DNA of 64,000 nucleotides, taken from NCBI RefSeq assembly GCF_018977255.1, contig NW_024704742.1, forward strand, positions 104,534,001-104,598,000, read 5' to 3'. The notes below the pieces were generated by a model that saw only the letters and a program-made list of their open reading frames with translations, had not been told where the DNA came from and did not search any database. A program made the translations under genes and the position numbers. Source of the DNA: Callorhinchus milii. Its lineage: Eukaryota. Within the stretch, counting starts at the first letter, position 1; the number at the start of each line of letters is the position of its first letter. Below are positions 36,345-48,760 of the stretch, piece by piece.

Positions 36345-37160
36345 CCGCCGCCCGCCCCCCTCACTGTCCCCCCTCACCGCCCGCCGGCCCGCCCTCACTG
36401 CCCCCCTCACTGTCCCCCCTCACCGCCCGCCGGCCCGCCCTCACTGTCCCCCTCACTGTCCCCCCTCACCGCCCGCCGGCCCGCCCTCACTGTCCCCCCT
36501 CACCGCCCTCCCTCAGTGCCCCCCTCACCGCCCACCCGCCCCCCTCACACTGCCCGCCCGCCCGCCCCCTCACCGCCCTCCCTCAGTGCCCTCCCTCACT
36601 GTCCTCCCTCACCGCCCTCCTCAGTGCCCTCCCTCACTGTCCCCCTCACCGTCCCTCTCAGTGCCCTCCTCACTGTCCCCTCACTGCCCTCCCTCAGTGC
36701 CCCCTCACCGCCCTCCTCAGTGCCCTCCCTCACTGTCCCCCCTCACCGTCCCCTCTCAGTGCCCTCCCTCAGTGCCCCCCCTTACTGCCCCCCTCACCGC
36801 CCTCCCGCCCTCAGTGCCCCCTCACCGCCCTCCCGCCCTCACCGCCCTCCCGCCCTCAGCGCCCCCCTCACCGCCCTCCCGCCCTCAGTGCCCCCCTCAC
36901 TGCCCTCCCGCCCTCAGTGCCCCCCTCACTGCCCTCCCGCCCTCAGTGCCCCCTCACTGCCCTCCCGCCCTCAGTGCCCCCCTCACTGCCCTCCCGCCCT
37001 CAGTGCCCCCCTCACTGCCCTCCCGCCCTCAGTGCCCCCCTCACTGCCCTCCCGCCCTCAGTGCCCCCCTCACTGCCCTCCCGCCCTCAGTGCCCCCTCA
37101 CTGCCCTCCCGCCCTCAGTGCCCCCCTCACTGCCCTCCCGCCCGCCGCCCGCTCTCACCG
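36345..37160. repeat. GC-rich minisatellite, 27-34 bp units (e.g. CCCTCAGTGCCCCCCTCACTGCCCTCCCG)
   Basis: Near-identical 27-29 bp units at 36800-37140; 34-bp variants at 36355-36500. Confidence 0.95.
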
Positions 37161-37397
37161 CCGCCGCCTCCCCTCAGCCCCACAGCAACTCCTCCACCCG
37201 CTCAGTCAGTCAGTCAGTCAGTCAGTGAGAGGAGAGGAGAGGCTCTCAGTGTACAGTACAGTGCAGTGCAGTGAGAGGCGTCACTCCCCCACTCTCTGCC
37301 CACAATCTGCAGTTTCTCTTCACTAAGTTCTTGGCTTTGAGCAGAAACAGTTAAATACCTACATATTACATACATACATACAGTATATAGGTAGGTC

Positions 37398-37986
37398 TGT
37401 GGTGTATGTGTTGGTGTGTGTGGTGTATGTAGGTGTTGGTGTGTGTGGTGTATGTGTTGTGTATGTTGGTGTATGTGTTGGTGTGTGTGGTGTATGTTGG
37501 TGTGTGTGTTGGTGTATGTTGGTGTGTGTGTTGGTGTATGTTGGTGTGTGTGTTGGTGTGTGTGTTGGTGTGTGGTGTATGTTGGTGTATGTGTTGGTGT
37601 GTGTGGTGTATGTTGGTGTGTGTGTTGGTGTGTAGTGTATGTTGGTGTATGTGTTGTGTATGTTGGTGTGTGTGTGTTGGTGTGTGGTGTATGTTGGTGT
37701 ATGTGTTGGTGTATGTTGGTGTGTGTGGTGTATGTTGGTGTGTGGTGTATGTTGGTGTATGTGTTGGTGTGTGTGGTGTATGTTGGTGTGTGGTGTATGT
37801 TGGTGTATGTGTTGGTGTGTGTGGCGTATGTTGGTGTGTGTGTTGGTGTGTGGTGTATGTTGGTGTATGTGTTGGTGTATGTGTTGTGTATGTTGGTGTG
37901 TGTGTTGGTGTGTGGTGTATGTTGGTGTGTGGTGTATGTTGGTGTGTGTGTTGGTGTATGTTGGTGTGTGTGTTGGTGTGTGGTGT
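37398..37986. repeat. TG-rich satellite (TGGTGTATGT / TGGTGTGTG variants)
   Basis: About 590 bp array almost devoid of C on the + strand. Confidence 0.95.
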
Positions 37987-38174
37987 AAGTTGCTGTGTAT
38001 GTTGAGTATTTGCCCCAATAAGCGCCTTTTGAAGTGAAACCAGTTGGAAAGAAATGATCCCCAAGTTATACCCACGGCAGCTCCCACTGTGTGTGTCTGT
38101 GACAGTCTCTGGGTGTCACTCAGGCCGTCACAGTCACACACACAGTCACACACACACACACACAGTCACACACA

Positions 38175-39071
38175 CAACAACAACAACAACAACAAGATTC
38201 CATTTATAGAGCGCCTTTCACGTCGGGAGGACGTCCCAAGGCGCTGTACAGTTGGGTCAGGACCCGAGCTTTGGGGGGGGAGAATGGGAGGGAGCGAGGA
38301 GGGGGGAAATGGTCAGGGTGAGGGGAGGGAAGGGAGGGAGCGAGGAGGGGGGAAATGATCAGGGTGAGGGGAGGGAAGGGAGGGGGCGAGGAGGGGATAG
38401 AGAGTCGAGAGGAGAGCTGAAGGCTCGGTCAAAGAGAAAGGTCTTGAGACCGGCCTTAAAGGAGGAAAGGGAGGAGGCGGCGAAGGCACTGGGGGATAGA
38501 GTTCCAGAGCCTGGGGGCTGAGAGGCTGAAGGCCCGACCACCGATGGTAGGGCGGTTGGGGCGGGGGATGTGGAGCAGACCGGAGCCAGAGGAACGGAGG
38601 GTACGGGCAGGTAGGTAGGGGGATAGTAGGTCGGAGAGGTAGGAGGGAGCAAGGCCGTGAATGGCCTTGTAGGTGAGGATGAGGATCTTGAATTCGATCC
38701 TCTGGGGGATGGGGAGCCAGTGGAGGTGAGCGAGGGTGGGAGTGATGTGGTCCCGAAGTCTGGTGCGGGACAGTACACGAGCTGCAGAGTTCTGAATGAC
38801 CTGCAGTGTGGAGGGAGGTGCCGGGAAGGCCGGCGAGGAGAGAGTTCCCATAGTTTGAGGTGATAAAGGTGTGGACCAGAGTTTCAGCAGCGTGAGGGGT
38901 GAGGTAGTGCCGTAGTCTGGCGATGTTCCGGAGGTGATGGAAGGCGGTGCCAGTTGTGGTGCGGATATGAGGGAGAAAGGACAGCTCAGGGTCGAACAGA
39001 ACCCCGAGGTTCCTGACTGTCTTTGAGAGGTGGAGAGTGCAGCCTTGGATGCTGATGGTGTCAGCGCCTGT
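38175..39071 (-). mobile_element. Relatively young L2 3' fragment inserted in a (CA)/(CAGT) microsatellite
   Basis: VRNLGVLFDPELSF..., LHWLPIPQRIEFKIL; intact stem-loop tail and (TGT)n; CA-rich sequence on both flanks. Confidence 0.93.
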
Positions 39072-39145
39072 CACACACACATACACACAGACACACACAC
39101 AGTCACACAGTCACACACACACAGACAGTCACACACACTGACACT

Positions 39146-39456
39146 ATAATAATAATTTGATATAGTGCTTTTCACGTCGGGAGGTCGTCCCAAAGCGCTT
39201 CACAGAACACACTGTAAAGTGAATTGACTGTATATTTGTGGGCAAATGCGGCAGCAAATTGCGCACAACAATGTCCCACAAACAGTCATAGATTGAAAAT
39301 GACCAATTTATTATTGTTTTGGGTTTTGGAGGGATTATTATTAGGCTCTGTGTGGAGTAAGGAAACTTGCCCAAAGGTTTCGCCCTCTGCCTGGAATTGA
39401 ACTCAGGTCTCTCACTTGCAAAGCGAGTGCTCTAACCCCTGAACTACAGGACTCCA
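39146..39456 (-). mobile_element. Young tRNA-derived SINE with about 12-bp TSD
   Basis: CACACTGACACT (39134-39145) / CAAACTGACACT (39457-39468). Confidence 0.93.
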
Positions 39457-39569
39457 CAAACTGACACTCTCCTCAGCACCGCCCACCCCCGGTCCTGGTG
39501 CCCTCAACTACACCAGAGCCCCACTGCCGCCTAATCAACCACCGACTTGGCTTTTCTTTCTGTTATGTA

Positions 39570-40532
39570 TTCCTCCCTTCCCCCCTCCCCCACCCCCTCC
39601 CCTCCCCTCCCCACCCCCTCCTCCCCTCCCCCACCCCTCCCCCCTCCCCCCCCTCCTCCCCTCCCCCCCCCCCTCCCCACCCCTCCCCTCCACCCCTCCT
39701 CCTCCCCCACCCCCTCCTCCCCCCCCCCTCTCCCCTCCTCCCCTCCCCACCCCTTCCCCACCCCCTCCCTCCCCCTCCCCCACCCCCTCCTCCCTCCCCC
39801 CCCTCCTCCCTCCCCCCACCCCCTCCTCCCCTCCCCCACCTCCCCTCCCCACCCTTCCCTCCCCCCCTCCTCCCCTCCCCACTCTCCCCTCCCCACTCCT
39901 CCTCCCCCTCTCTCCCCTCCCCCATCTCTCCTCCCCCCTCCCCCTCCCCACTCCTCCCCTCCCCCACCCCCCTCCCCCCTCCCCCCCCCCCCCCCTCCTC
40001 CCTCCCCCACTCTCTCCTCTCCCCTCCCCCCCCCCCCTCCTCCCCCCCCCCACTCTCTCCCCCCCCACTCTCTCCCCTCCCCCACTCTCTCCCCTCCCCA
40101 CTCTCTCCTCCCCTCCCCCACTCTCCTCTCCCCCTCCTCCCTCCCCCACTCTCTCCCCTCCCCCACTCTCCTCTCCCCACTCTCTCCCTCTCCCCCACTC
40201 TCTCCCCTCCCCCACTCTCTCCCCTCCCCCACTCTCTCCTCCCCCACTCTCTCCTCTCCCCCTTCCCCTCCTCCCACTCTCTCCTCTCCCCCACTCTCCT
40301 CTCCCCACTCTCTCCTCTCCCCCTTCCCCTCCTCCACTCTCTCCCCTCCCCCACTCTCCTCTCCCCACTCTCTCCCCTCCCCCCTCTCTCCCCTCCCCCT
40401 TCTCTCCTCCCCTCCCCACTCTCTCCTCTCCCCCCTCCCCACTCTCTCCTCTCCCCTTCCCTCCCCACTCTCTCCTCTCCCCCTTCCCCTCCCCCACTCT
40501 CTCCTCTCCCCCTTCCCCTCCCTCCTCCCCTC
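39570..40532. repeat. C-rich polypyrimidine tract
   Basis: About 960 bp of C/T with sparse A and no G on the + strand; CCCCACTCTCTCCT-type modules in the distal half. Confidence 0.95.
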
Positions 40533-40675
40533 TGCTCTTTAGCCGGTGCCTCGGCTTCTCCAGCTCACAATGCTCCGCTATGTCTGTACTTGGACATTTG
40601 GTGTTGGTGGAGAGGGTGATGTCTCAGGATGTGGGACCCTCCGCTCACTCTCTTCCCACCCACCCCCAACTCAAG

Positions 40676-40840
40676 GTGTGTGGGGGGTGGGGCTTGAGTT
40701 TTGTGGGGGAGGAGGGGGAGAGGCTTGAGGTGTGGGGGGAGAAGGGGGAGGGGCTCAAGGTGTGGGGGAGGGGCTCAAAGTGTTGGGGGGAGGGGCTCAA
40801 GGTATGGGGGGAGGAGGAGGGGCTCGAGGTGTGGGGGAGG
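40676..40840. repeat. Short G-rich tandem repeat (GGGCTCAAGGTGTGGGGGGA-like, about 5 units)
   Basis: Visible degenerate tandem units. Confidence 0.8.
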
Positions 40841-41030
40841 GATCTTTAATATCCACCTGAACAGGCAGACGGAACTTTGGTTGGAAGTTTCATCTGGAGG
40901 ATGGCACTTTGGACAACTCAGCGCAACACGTCGGAGGATCAGAGTGGACCACAAGACCAAATCCAAATGTGGGGATTGAAGCCACAAGTTTCTAACGTGA
41001 AGGTGGCTCAATTGAGTCAGCGTTGACACT
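40841..41030 (-). mobile_element. Old SacSINE1-like fragment
   Basis: Reverse core GATCTTTAATATCCACCTGAACAGGCAGACGG. Confidence 0.65.
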
Positions 41031-42734
41031 TTGAGTTTGTTATAGTGCCTTTTATACCACGCAAAGTGCTTCACAGGATAGATTGCCTATTTTGTAGACA
41101 AATGTGTAAAGGGTTGTGTGGAGGAAATTGAAGTTACGTTTACAATAGAGGGATACACTTATTCAATCCAAGTCAAATTAGTGAAGTATTGATGTAAACC
41201 CCATTATAATCTGTAAGCAATGTTGCATTTTTGAATGCACATAAGTGCAACCAAAATAATCAGTAAAGCCCAAAGAAATATTGTAAAAATCATCCAGTTA
41301 GGTACACAAAATGTAGTACAATAAATTTTTATTTATATAGAGTCCTATACTTTGGATGTAGATCTGTGAAAGTGAGAAACTAAGAGAAATGATTTGATGC
41401 CTTCTCTTCTTCCTACTCACACTCCCATGGTGGTGGGGTTGCTTTTAAAATCTTAGTGATGTCACTGATAAATGCAGGATGACTGAATTGTGGTGCACCA
41501 GAAATAGTTGCTTTATAATGGAATTATTGATGGGAAACTGATGCACAATGAAATATATTTCTTCTCTTCCTCAAAAGTTGAAGATTCTTATTTGTACCTG
41601 TATATAGTATGATCAGTTGCATACTAATGTGACTGTTTGTCCCTCCCATCTTTTAACTGGGTTAGCAAGACAATCAAAACAAAAACTGCAACTCTTTATA
41701 CACAGCATAGAAATGAATCTAATGCAACACAATATTTATAATTGCAATAACATAATTGTAAGCATTTTACCCGAGGTAGTTTCTGGCATTAAGCATTCCT
41801 CTAGGATCAGGTCTTCTGCACGACCCCCATATATTACCAGAAGGTGTCTACAATCATGTGAACTCATCTGTGAAGCACTCTATAACAATTTGAAATAATG
41901 TTTGAAGCACTATTTTATCATGGTTGGTATGCTTGTTAATTACACCCATTAAGAAACATGCTACCATATTCAAAGCACTAGTCTGGAGAGAGATCCATTT
42001 CGTTCCACTGAAACTTCATGTGAAACATTTTAGTTTTGGAATTAATTAAATTAAAAAAACATTTTTCTTGAAATGGCAAGCATAAAGAAGATTGACTGAT
42101 GAGTGCAATTTGAAACTAACATAGAAAAATACAACTGGCACTCACAGCCAGGTTTAGAAAAATAGTTCAAATTGTTTTCACAAATATTTTATTGCAAAAG
42201 CTTGAGGGTTGTCAGAGAAAAAGTTATTTTCACAGGCTTGAATTCTGAGAGTGGGAGACAGTGTGGTGAGTTTTGAATGTACAATGAAGATGAAGTGTGC
42301 AGGACTATTTATATTGAGCTTGAGGATCAACGAGCCATGTTGAAACCGACTGTTTCATTGCCTGTGATGCATCAACATATTCCTATTTCCAGCAGTATCT
42401 CTAGAGTCCATGCAGATTTCCACAAAAAGGAAATTGGAGCATTGCCCCAAGACGTTCTTCTGTACCTCTAGTGACACATAACTGGTTTTGAAGCGGTGTT
42501 GGACAGTGTTCCTTGCCTAACTTAGGGGACCCAAAGAGAAAACATATTTTGTATAAGGTTATTCTCAGTCATGAAAATTTGCTGGATCTGCTGTTTACTT
42601 TATTTACAAAAAATTATTTACTAAGTTTATGACCCTTGATATTTCAACTATTCCAACTTTTGTTATTTTGTTTATTTATTCATTGAAATGTACGTTACCC
42701 TATCTGAATTTCTTTATTTATCGAAATGGAATAT

Positions 42735-43725
42735 AATACAAAATTACACTTGTAAAGTGTCTTTCACGTCGGGTGGACCCCCCAAGGAACTGAACAGTCA
42801 GAGATTAGGACCCGAGCTGGTGGGGGGCGGGGAGGGGGGAGCGGGGTTGGGATCATGGCAGGTGGGGGAAGGAGGGTGGCCGAAAGCACGGTCGAAGAGG
42901 GTCTTGAGGTGCGCCTTAAAAGAGGCGAGGGAGCGAGCAAGGTGAAGGGAATGTGGGATGGAGTTCCAGAGGGTGGGGGCAGAGATGCTGAAGGCCCAAC
43001 CGCCAATATTGGGTCAGGCCGGGCAGGGGACATGAGGCAGGCTAGAGCCTGCTGAGCAGAGAGAGTGTGCAGGTTGTTAAGGGTTAGCAGGTTAGAGGTA
43101 GGAGATGGCAAGGCCATGGAGGGCCTTGAAGGTGAGGCAGAGAATTTTGAACTTGATCCTCTGAGGGATGGGGAGCCAGTGGAGCCGGGCGAGGGTGGGT
43201 GGGATGGGGTCACGGAGCTTGGTGCGGGAGAGGACATGAGCTAGAGTTCTGGATGATCTGCAACTTGTGGAGGGAAGAGTTGGGAAGGCTGACAAGCAGG
43301 TGTTGACATAGTCGAGCAATGAAGGCATGTATGAAGGTTTTGATGGCCTGAGGAGGTGAGGCAGTGGCGGAGTCAGACAATGTTGCGGAGGTGGGGGAAG
43401 GCAGAGCGGGTCATGGCATAGATGTGGGGAAGCAAGGACAGTTGAGGATCGACGCCTAGGTTCCTTGAAATGTACTAGGCTCCTACGCCTAGGTTCTTAA
43501 CTGCCTTGGTGAGGTGGAGTGTGCATTCATGGATGCCTATGCTGCCAGTGCTTGAGGTGCAGAGGGGCGCCAATCAGGAGGCCTCGGTCTTGCTGACGTT
43601 CAACTGTAGAAAGTTGGCTCTCATCCAGGACTTGATGTCTGACAGGCAGTCTGTCAGGACATCAGTAGCCCTGGGATCGAGGATGGAGGCAGAGATAGAG
43701 TTGCATGTCATCTGCGTACATGTAC
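42735..43725 (-). mobile_element. L2 LINE 3' fragment
   Basis: YADDMQLYL trace, LHWLPIPQRIKFKIL, tail. Confidence 0.9.
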
Positions 43726-44534
43726 ATTATCCTATCTGAATTTGAAGGTCATGGTGTGCAAATCCTCTTTTATACTCTTAATGCATTAGTATCAAATGTT
43801 TTTGTTTACTTATTTTGAAACCATTTTTCTAGAAATATCAAGAAAGGTGTTAACACCTATGTGAAAACTTCTTCAATTCACACGTTGAGGTGGTGAACTT
43901 CTCAACAGTCCCACCAGACACTGTATCCTGTATGTCTATCTCTTTGGAGGGCTGCCATACCAGCCAATTTTGTAATTTAGTCCTAACCAAAAGTTAGCTA
44001 CCCTTTATCCTTTAGTTGTGAGGGGACTGAGTGAGGAGACAAGATTAGAAGATAGCTCCAATGGAAGAGCTAACAACAACTTGCCTTTATATAGCGCCCT
44101 TCACGCAGGGTAGCATCCCATAGCGCTTAACAGAGCACCAGAACATACAATATGAGGCTGAAAACTTTCTATTGTACAAACTCTTGAACGTGGTAAATTC
44201 AAGAAACTATTTTAGCAATGAACTCTGTTGAATTCTTTTGCAGAATTGAAAGTAGTCACAATGGGATATTTAGGAGGGAGTTTGAAGAGTATACTGTTAA
44301 CCATTTTATCTTTAATTAAAGCTGATTTAATTTCTGAATATTTGTTTGATCAGTATGAAGTAACACACCTATTTTCAAGTTAACATCTAAGAAAGGAACA
44401 ACCTTTTACCATGTTTATAGGAAACTACTGTTTCATGAATATAAATAGACATTGTGTTTAGTTTTGGTGCAGCAAAGACCAAATTGTAGATCTGTGATAT
44501 TAAAATGGTTTGATCCTATAAAATGTATAACCTT

Positions 44535-44639
44535 TTTATTTCAAAAAGTGGCACACTAAACTATGTTGTGAAAAAATGTTGAGTATTAGTGAAACAAGTA
44601 ATATGAAGAGATGAATTGTATTGTTCTGAAGAGTTTATT
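44535..44639 (-). promoter_or_regulatory. Candidate WDR36 polyadenylation signals (AATAAA at 44634-44639 and 44535-44540)
   Basis: AATAAA hexamers on the minus strand about 0.5 kb after the stop codon; which one is used is unknown. Confidence 0.4.
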
Positions 44640-45118
44640 AGTCACATGCAACTAGACAATAAATCACTTCTATTTGCAAAACGATGTAAACTGACATACA
44701 AAATAGAGGCCCAGCATGAATGAAACTTTACTATCCATAACAACACTGTTTGGGTGCTTTCTCTTATATATGTAGTCAATTAAACCTGGGTGTCCAGTTA
44801 TAGCACTACGTATAAGAAACTGAACAGGTACAGCTTTGTAGGCCCAGAAATTAAAACTTTAAAATACCATTTTTATCCATACCATTCCTGTTATTGACAG
44901 TGCACCCACTCAGTCTATAAAGCAGACTGTGAAAAGTGGCATGATTATCATGTGTGGGTGGGAAAAATTGTCAGAAAGATTATTTGTACTGTGCACTGAA
45001 TCTCTAAGTAGGAATACTAACAGCAACAGTGACCATGAATATCATTTGTGCAGTGCGCCTTTATGGACGTTTCATTACATGCTTTCAGTCACCATTTTAA
45101 ATAGTAATATATTTTGGA

Positions 45119-45268
45119 CTATAATACAGCACTCTTCATATATCCCAGCAAACACATGCTTTGATTGAAAAGAGTCTGCATATGCATCCATGTTTCTTCC
45201 AGTGATTTTGAGACTTTAGACATTTCTTCTAGTAGCACTGGCGCAGTGGCAATTACCTTAAGGTGAAG
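45119..45268 (-). CDS. WDR36: WDR36 last coding exon with stop
   Basis: Poly-T tract + AAG|; LHLKVIATAPVLLEEMSKVSKSLEETWMHMQTLFNQSMCLLGYMKSAVL*, matching the human C-terminus ...LFNQSMCILNYLKSALL. Confidence 0.96.
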   Translation of the reverse strand, partial: LHLKVIATAPVLLEEMSKVSKSLEETWMHMQTLFNQSMCLLGYMKSAVL

Positions 45269-46220
45269 CTTCAAAAAAGAAAAAAAAACAGGATTTATAA
45301 AACTGCGTGCATTTTGACCCAGCACAATGCAAATGATCTTCCTAAATATGCATTACTTCACACAAATAACATTTCTAATGTTGATCAAGAGTAAATTTCT
45401 TAATTTGATAGCAGAAATATCAAAAAGCAGTTAATAACTTACAATTTTACCATAAAGGTACCAGTGCATTAACTTTATACTGAAATACAATAGCAGAGGC
45501 AAGTCAACAAAATTTACCTGTAGTACCCTAAAGAACACAAGCAAGGGGCAACCCCAATGGTGACTGCAATGGATAGAGCTTACAGACCAGGAACTCGCTG
45601 GTTGAAATTCTGGTGCAAAGTTGGTAAATTGGCCCTGGTCTTCTCAGGGTTTGGGAGAGGAACACCAGCCAGTGTTCCTACTCCCAATGCTTCTACAGAG
45701 CCCTTTACTGGTTATGAACAGGTAGATGGCAGACTTGGCTCTGATACCTTCTAAAGTTGAATGGCTGCCAAATGAAAAATGGCCACTGGACAAAGTACTG
45801 AGATGCCCAACAAGACTGCATCCCAACAAGAGGACAGACCAGGAGCAGAGAAAATTAGAAAAATAATTGGACATACTAATTTAAAAAAAAAGGTAAGTTT
45901 GGATAAAGTATTGTACTATGTTTGATTTTCTTAGAACACTTATCCCAAAGTTTCTTTAATATGTAAATATAAAATATAAAATTAACTCTTCCTACTTAAA
46001 ACCTCATATTTTTGGAAGAAGTTTTTGATTATTTAATGAAATAATTAAAACAGAAATTCCAATGTTTGTACTCTAACAATTATATTGTTCCAGTAATAAA
46101 CTTAACAAAACGAATTTTACTACAATTTATGTGGTATTATTTGATGTATGTCACTAACACTGGTGCTTAACAGGCATAACATTTTACAGCTGTTTTACAC
46201 GCTGGGTAGGGTTTAACATG

Positions 46221-46672
46221 CAACAACAACTTGCACTTATATAGCTCCCTGCATACAGGGTAATGTCTCAGAGCGCTTAACAGTGGCGGGGCCCGACTCC
46301 GAGCCGGGGTGGGAGGAGGTGGCCATAAGCACAGTCGAAGAGGAAGGTCTTCAGGTGGGACTTGAAAAAGGCAAGGCGGCAAGGTGGAGGGATTGGGGGA
46401 GTGTTCCAGAGTTTCGGGGCATAGTGGCTGAAAGCGCAACCTCCAATGGTGGGCCGGAGGGCGCTGGCTGATACCAGTTAGCAGAGGCGCCGAGTGGTGG
46501 ATTGGGGAGTGAGGAGGTCGCAGAGGTGCCAGAGAGTGAAGGGATTTGAACACGAGAGTGAGAATCTTGAAGTCGATCCGTTCGGTGATGGGGAGCCAGT
46601 GGAGCCTGGCCAGAACTGGTGAGATGTGGGTACGGAGTTTGGTCCAGGTCAGTATGGGGCGGCAGAGTTCTG
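46221..46672 (-). mobile_element. L2 fragment of a second subfamily
   Basis: RTHISPVLARLHWLPITERIDFKIL; tail variant also seen at 44071-44135. Confidence 0.85.
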
Positions 46673-46803
46673 AATGAGGCTTAATCTCTGCATATAGTAC
46701 ATCAACTAATTCATTCACAGGTCCTACTTTGACAAAAGTGCTTTTCTAAAACTGATTTAAGTTTATTGGCAGATCGCTTTTCCAGGGGTAATATAATTTC
46801 TTA

Positions 46804-46952
46804 ATGACTGTTTGTGGGACACTGCTGTGTGCAATTGGCTGCCACGTTTCCCCCACAAATATACAGTCAATTCACTTTACAGTCTATTCTGTGAAGCGCT
46901 TTGAGACGTCTCGAAGATGTGATAAGGTGTTATATAAAATGCAAGGATTATT
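46804..46952 (+). mobile_element. SINE 3' fragment
   Basis: Body and tail. Confidence 0.85.
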
Positions 46953-47859
46953 TTATATTATTTTATATAAATCTTACATGTGTTAGTTTAATCCAGCTAC
47001 ATTTAATTCACATAATCCGGATATGATAGCACTAATTTTTTTAAACTGAAAATCATAAATCAAGAAAGTCCTTTCAACATTCACAAAGATAACACTTGTA
47101 TTGTCAAGATGAACACTTCCTTTTTCATAGAATTATACAGCACAGAAGGAGGCCATTCGGCCCATCGTGTTTGAAAAGAGCTATCCAAATTTCTCACAAA
47201 AGCGATAAAAGAACACTAAACTTTGGTCATGTTTGTATTGGAGGATGGAGGTGGGGGGGGGGAGAGGGAGGAAGGAAAGAAAGAAAATGTGAAAGTATGT
47301 TCGAAAAGATAGGTTTAAGGTAGGCTTTAAAGGTGGGGATGGCTTTGTAATTTGATAAGCCTCCCATAGGCTTGGGAGTATCTTACTTCAGTTCCTTGGC
47401 TGCACCATAAAACTATTTTTTTTAAAAACCAAATAAATCTACAAACTACATTTGTGAATTAGCATGTACCCCAAGGCCTCGAATTTCCCCACAAAATTTG
47501 ACCAGAAAATTATTAAGTACCGGATGCGAACTCTTTAAGCACAAAATGAATACATAAAATACACCTGCAAAAATACACATTCACTACTTTTTAACTTATG
47601 TGAAATACTTTAAGCTATCCTCCTATATGAAAGGTGCTATATCAAATGTAAATATTATTATTAATATTATGAATAGGTTACAGGGTGAAAAATATTCCAA
47701 CCAGAAGTAAGATTTTCTAGGGCTGAAATCCTATGGATGAACAATTGGATTAAATCAACAATAACCAAGGAGGCATAAAATAATAGATTAGGCTGCTTAT
47801 GAACATAAGTAATATCAAAAGCACATCAGAAACAAAGGTGGGACTAAGGAAGTAGCTAT

Positions 47860-48350
47860 GCTTCTAAAAGATGAAGGAACCAAATTTATAGTGGAGAATA
47901 ATGAAATGACACAGATGCTTAACACAAGTTTTGCCTCAGTATTTACCAAACAGGATGAAGGTAGAACTGCAGGAACAAAGGTAAGAGTGAAAGAGAAACT
48001 CTTAAATATTAACTAAGATGTTCATATTTAAAGTTAGTAGCTACCAGGTCTAGATGGTCTATACTGAGACTATAAAATTCCACAATTCTTTGGAAACATA
48101 TTGTACCAATGGGACTAGAGATTATCCATCGCTGCACCACTGTTCAAAAAACTTGAATAGATATTAGGCCACGAACATTGGATCGATTAATTTCTGATTA
48201 GGAGAAGCAAACTTCTGGAAGGATAATATTAGTGAACATTTAGAAAGTTTTAAACTGGTCAGATAAGCATGGTTGGTTGTAAAAAGAGATTGAAATTTTT
48301 GAGGATGTTACAAAACAATCAAAACGGAATATATCTGGATCAAATAAAGC
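47860..48350 (+). mobile_element. Highly degenerate CR1 ORF2 fragment
   Basis: EMTQMLNTSFASVFTK, PGLDG and PLFKK traces. Confidence 0.65.
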
Positions 48351-48760
48351 TTCTGGTGCCAATAGCATCTTTCTATAGTCATTTATGTCTCAAAGGTCTA
48401 AACAGCAAATCACTGGAAAGTGATATCATAGCAGGAATTCCTAGCTGATATTTTATCCCTTTACTCTTTATCCTAAGTATTATTATTATCCTACGTATGA
48501 TAAGCAAACCCTTGTCCAACAACAAAATCCTTTCCTAAAATGGGTAGTTCAATGATCAAACCAAAGACACCTAGTCTGTATCCTTCTGTGACACGTAATT
48601 TGGTGCATTTAACCCAGCGAAGGAGGGAACAGAACATAAATTTCGGGATATAACAAAACAAATATTAGTGACAAGCACAAACTTACAAATGATTGAGAAG
48701 CTTTAAAAATTTGCTGCAAAATAAAATTGTTTGTATCTGATTCAGAAGTGTAATACTTAC

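Larger units (their letters stand above)
36100..37300 (-). promoter_or_regulatory. GC/CpG-rich CAMK4 5' region (promoter/5'UTR) with half-CRE TGACG at 37279-37283
   Basis: Most GC/CpG-dense patch of the window and it surrounds the start exon; many GGGCGG (GC-box) motifs on the minus strand; TSS not determinable. Confidence 0.6.

Noticed and set aside
36800..37140. CRISPR-like array of 29-bp repeats
   Set aside because: Units are directly tandem without unique spacers; eukaryotic context and no cas genes.
36183..37326. Three Pro-rich + strand ORFs of 320-363 aa
   Set aside because: Translation of the C-rich minisatellite; open in all three frames, which indicates low complexity.
37359..38159. 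His/Thr-rich and Val/Cys-rich ORFs
   Set aside because: TG satellite artefacts.
39498..40619. Poly-Pro and Gly/Glu/Arg-rich ORFs
   Set aside because: Polypyrimidine tract artefacts.
45540..45870. GC-richer island in the last WDR36 intron, possibly an old SINE
   Set aside because: No second copy in the window and I cannot name a family.
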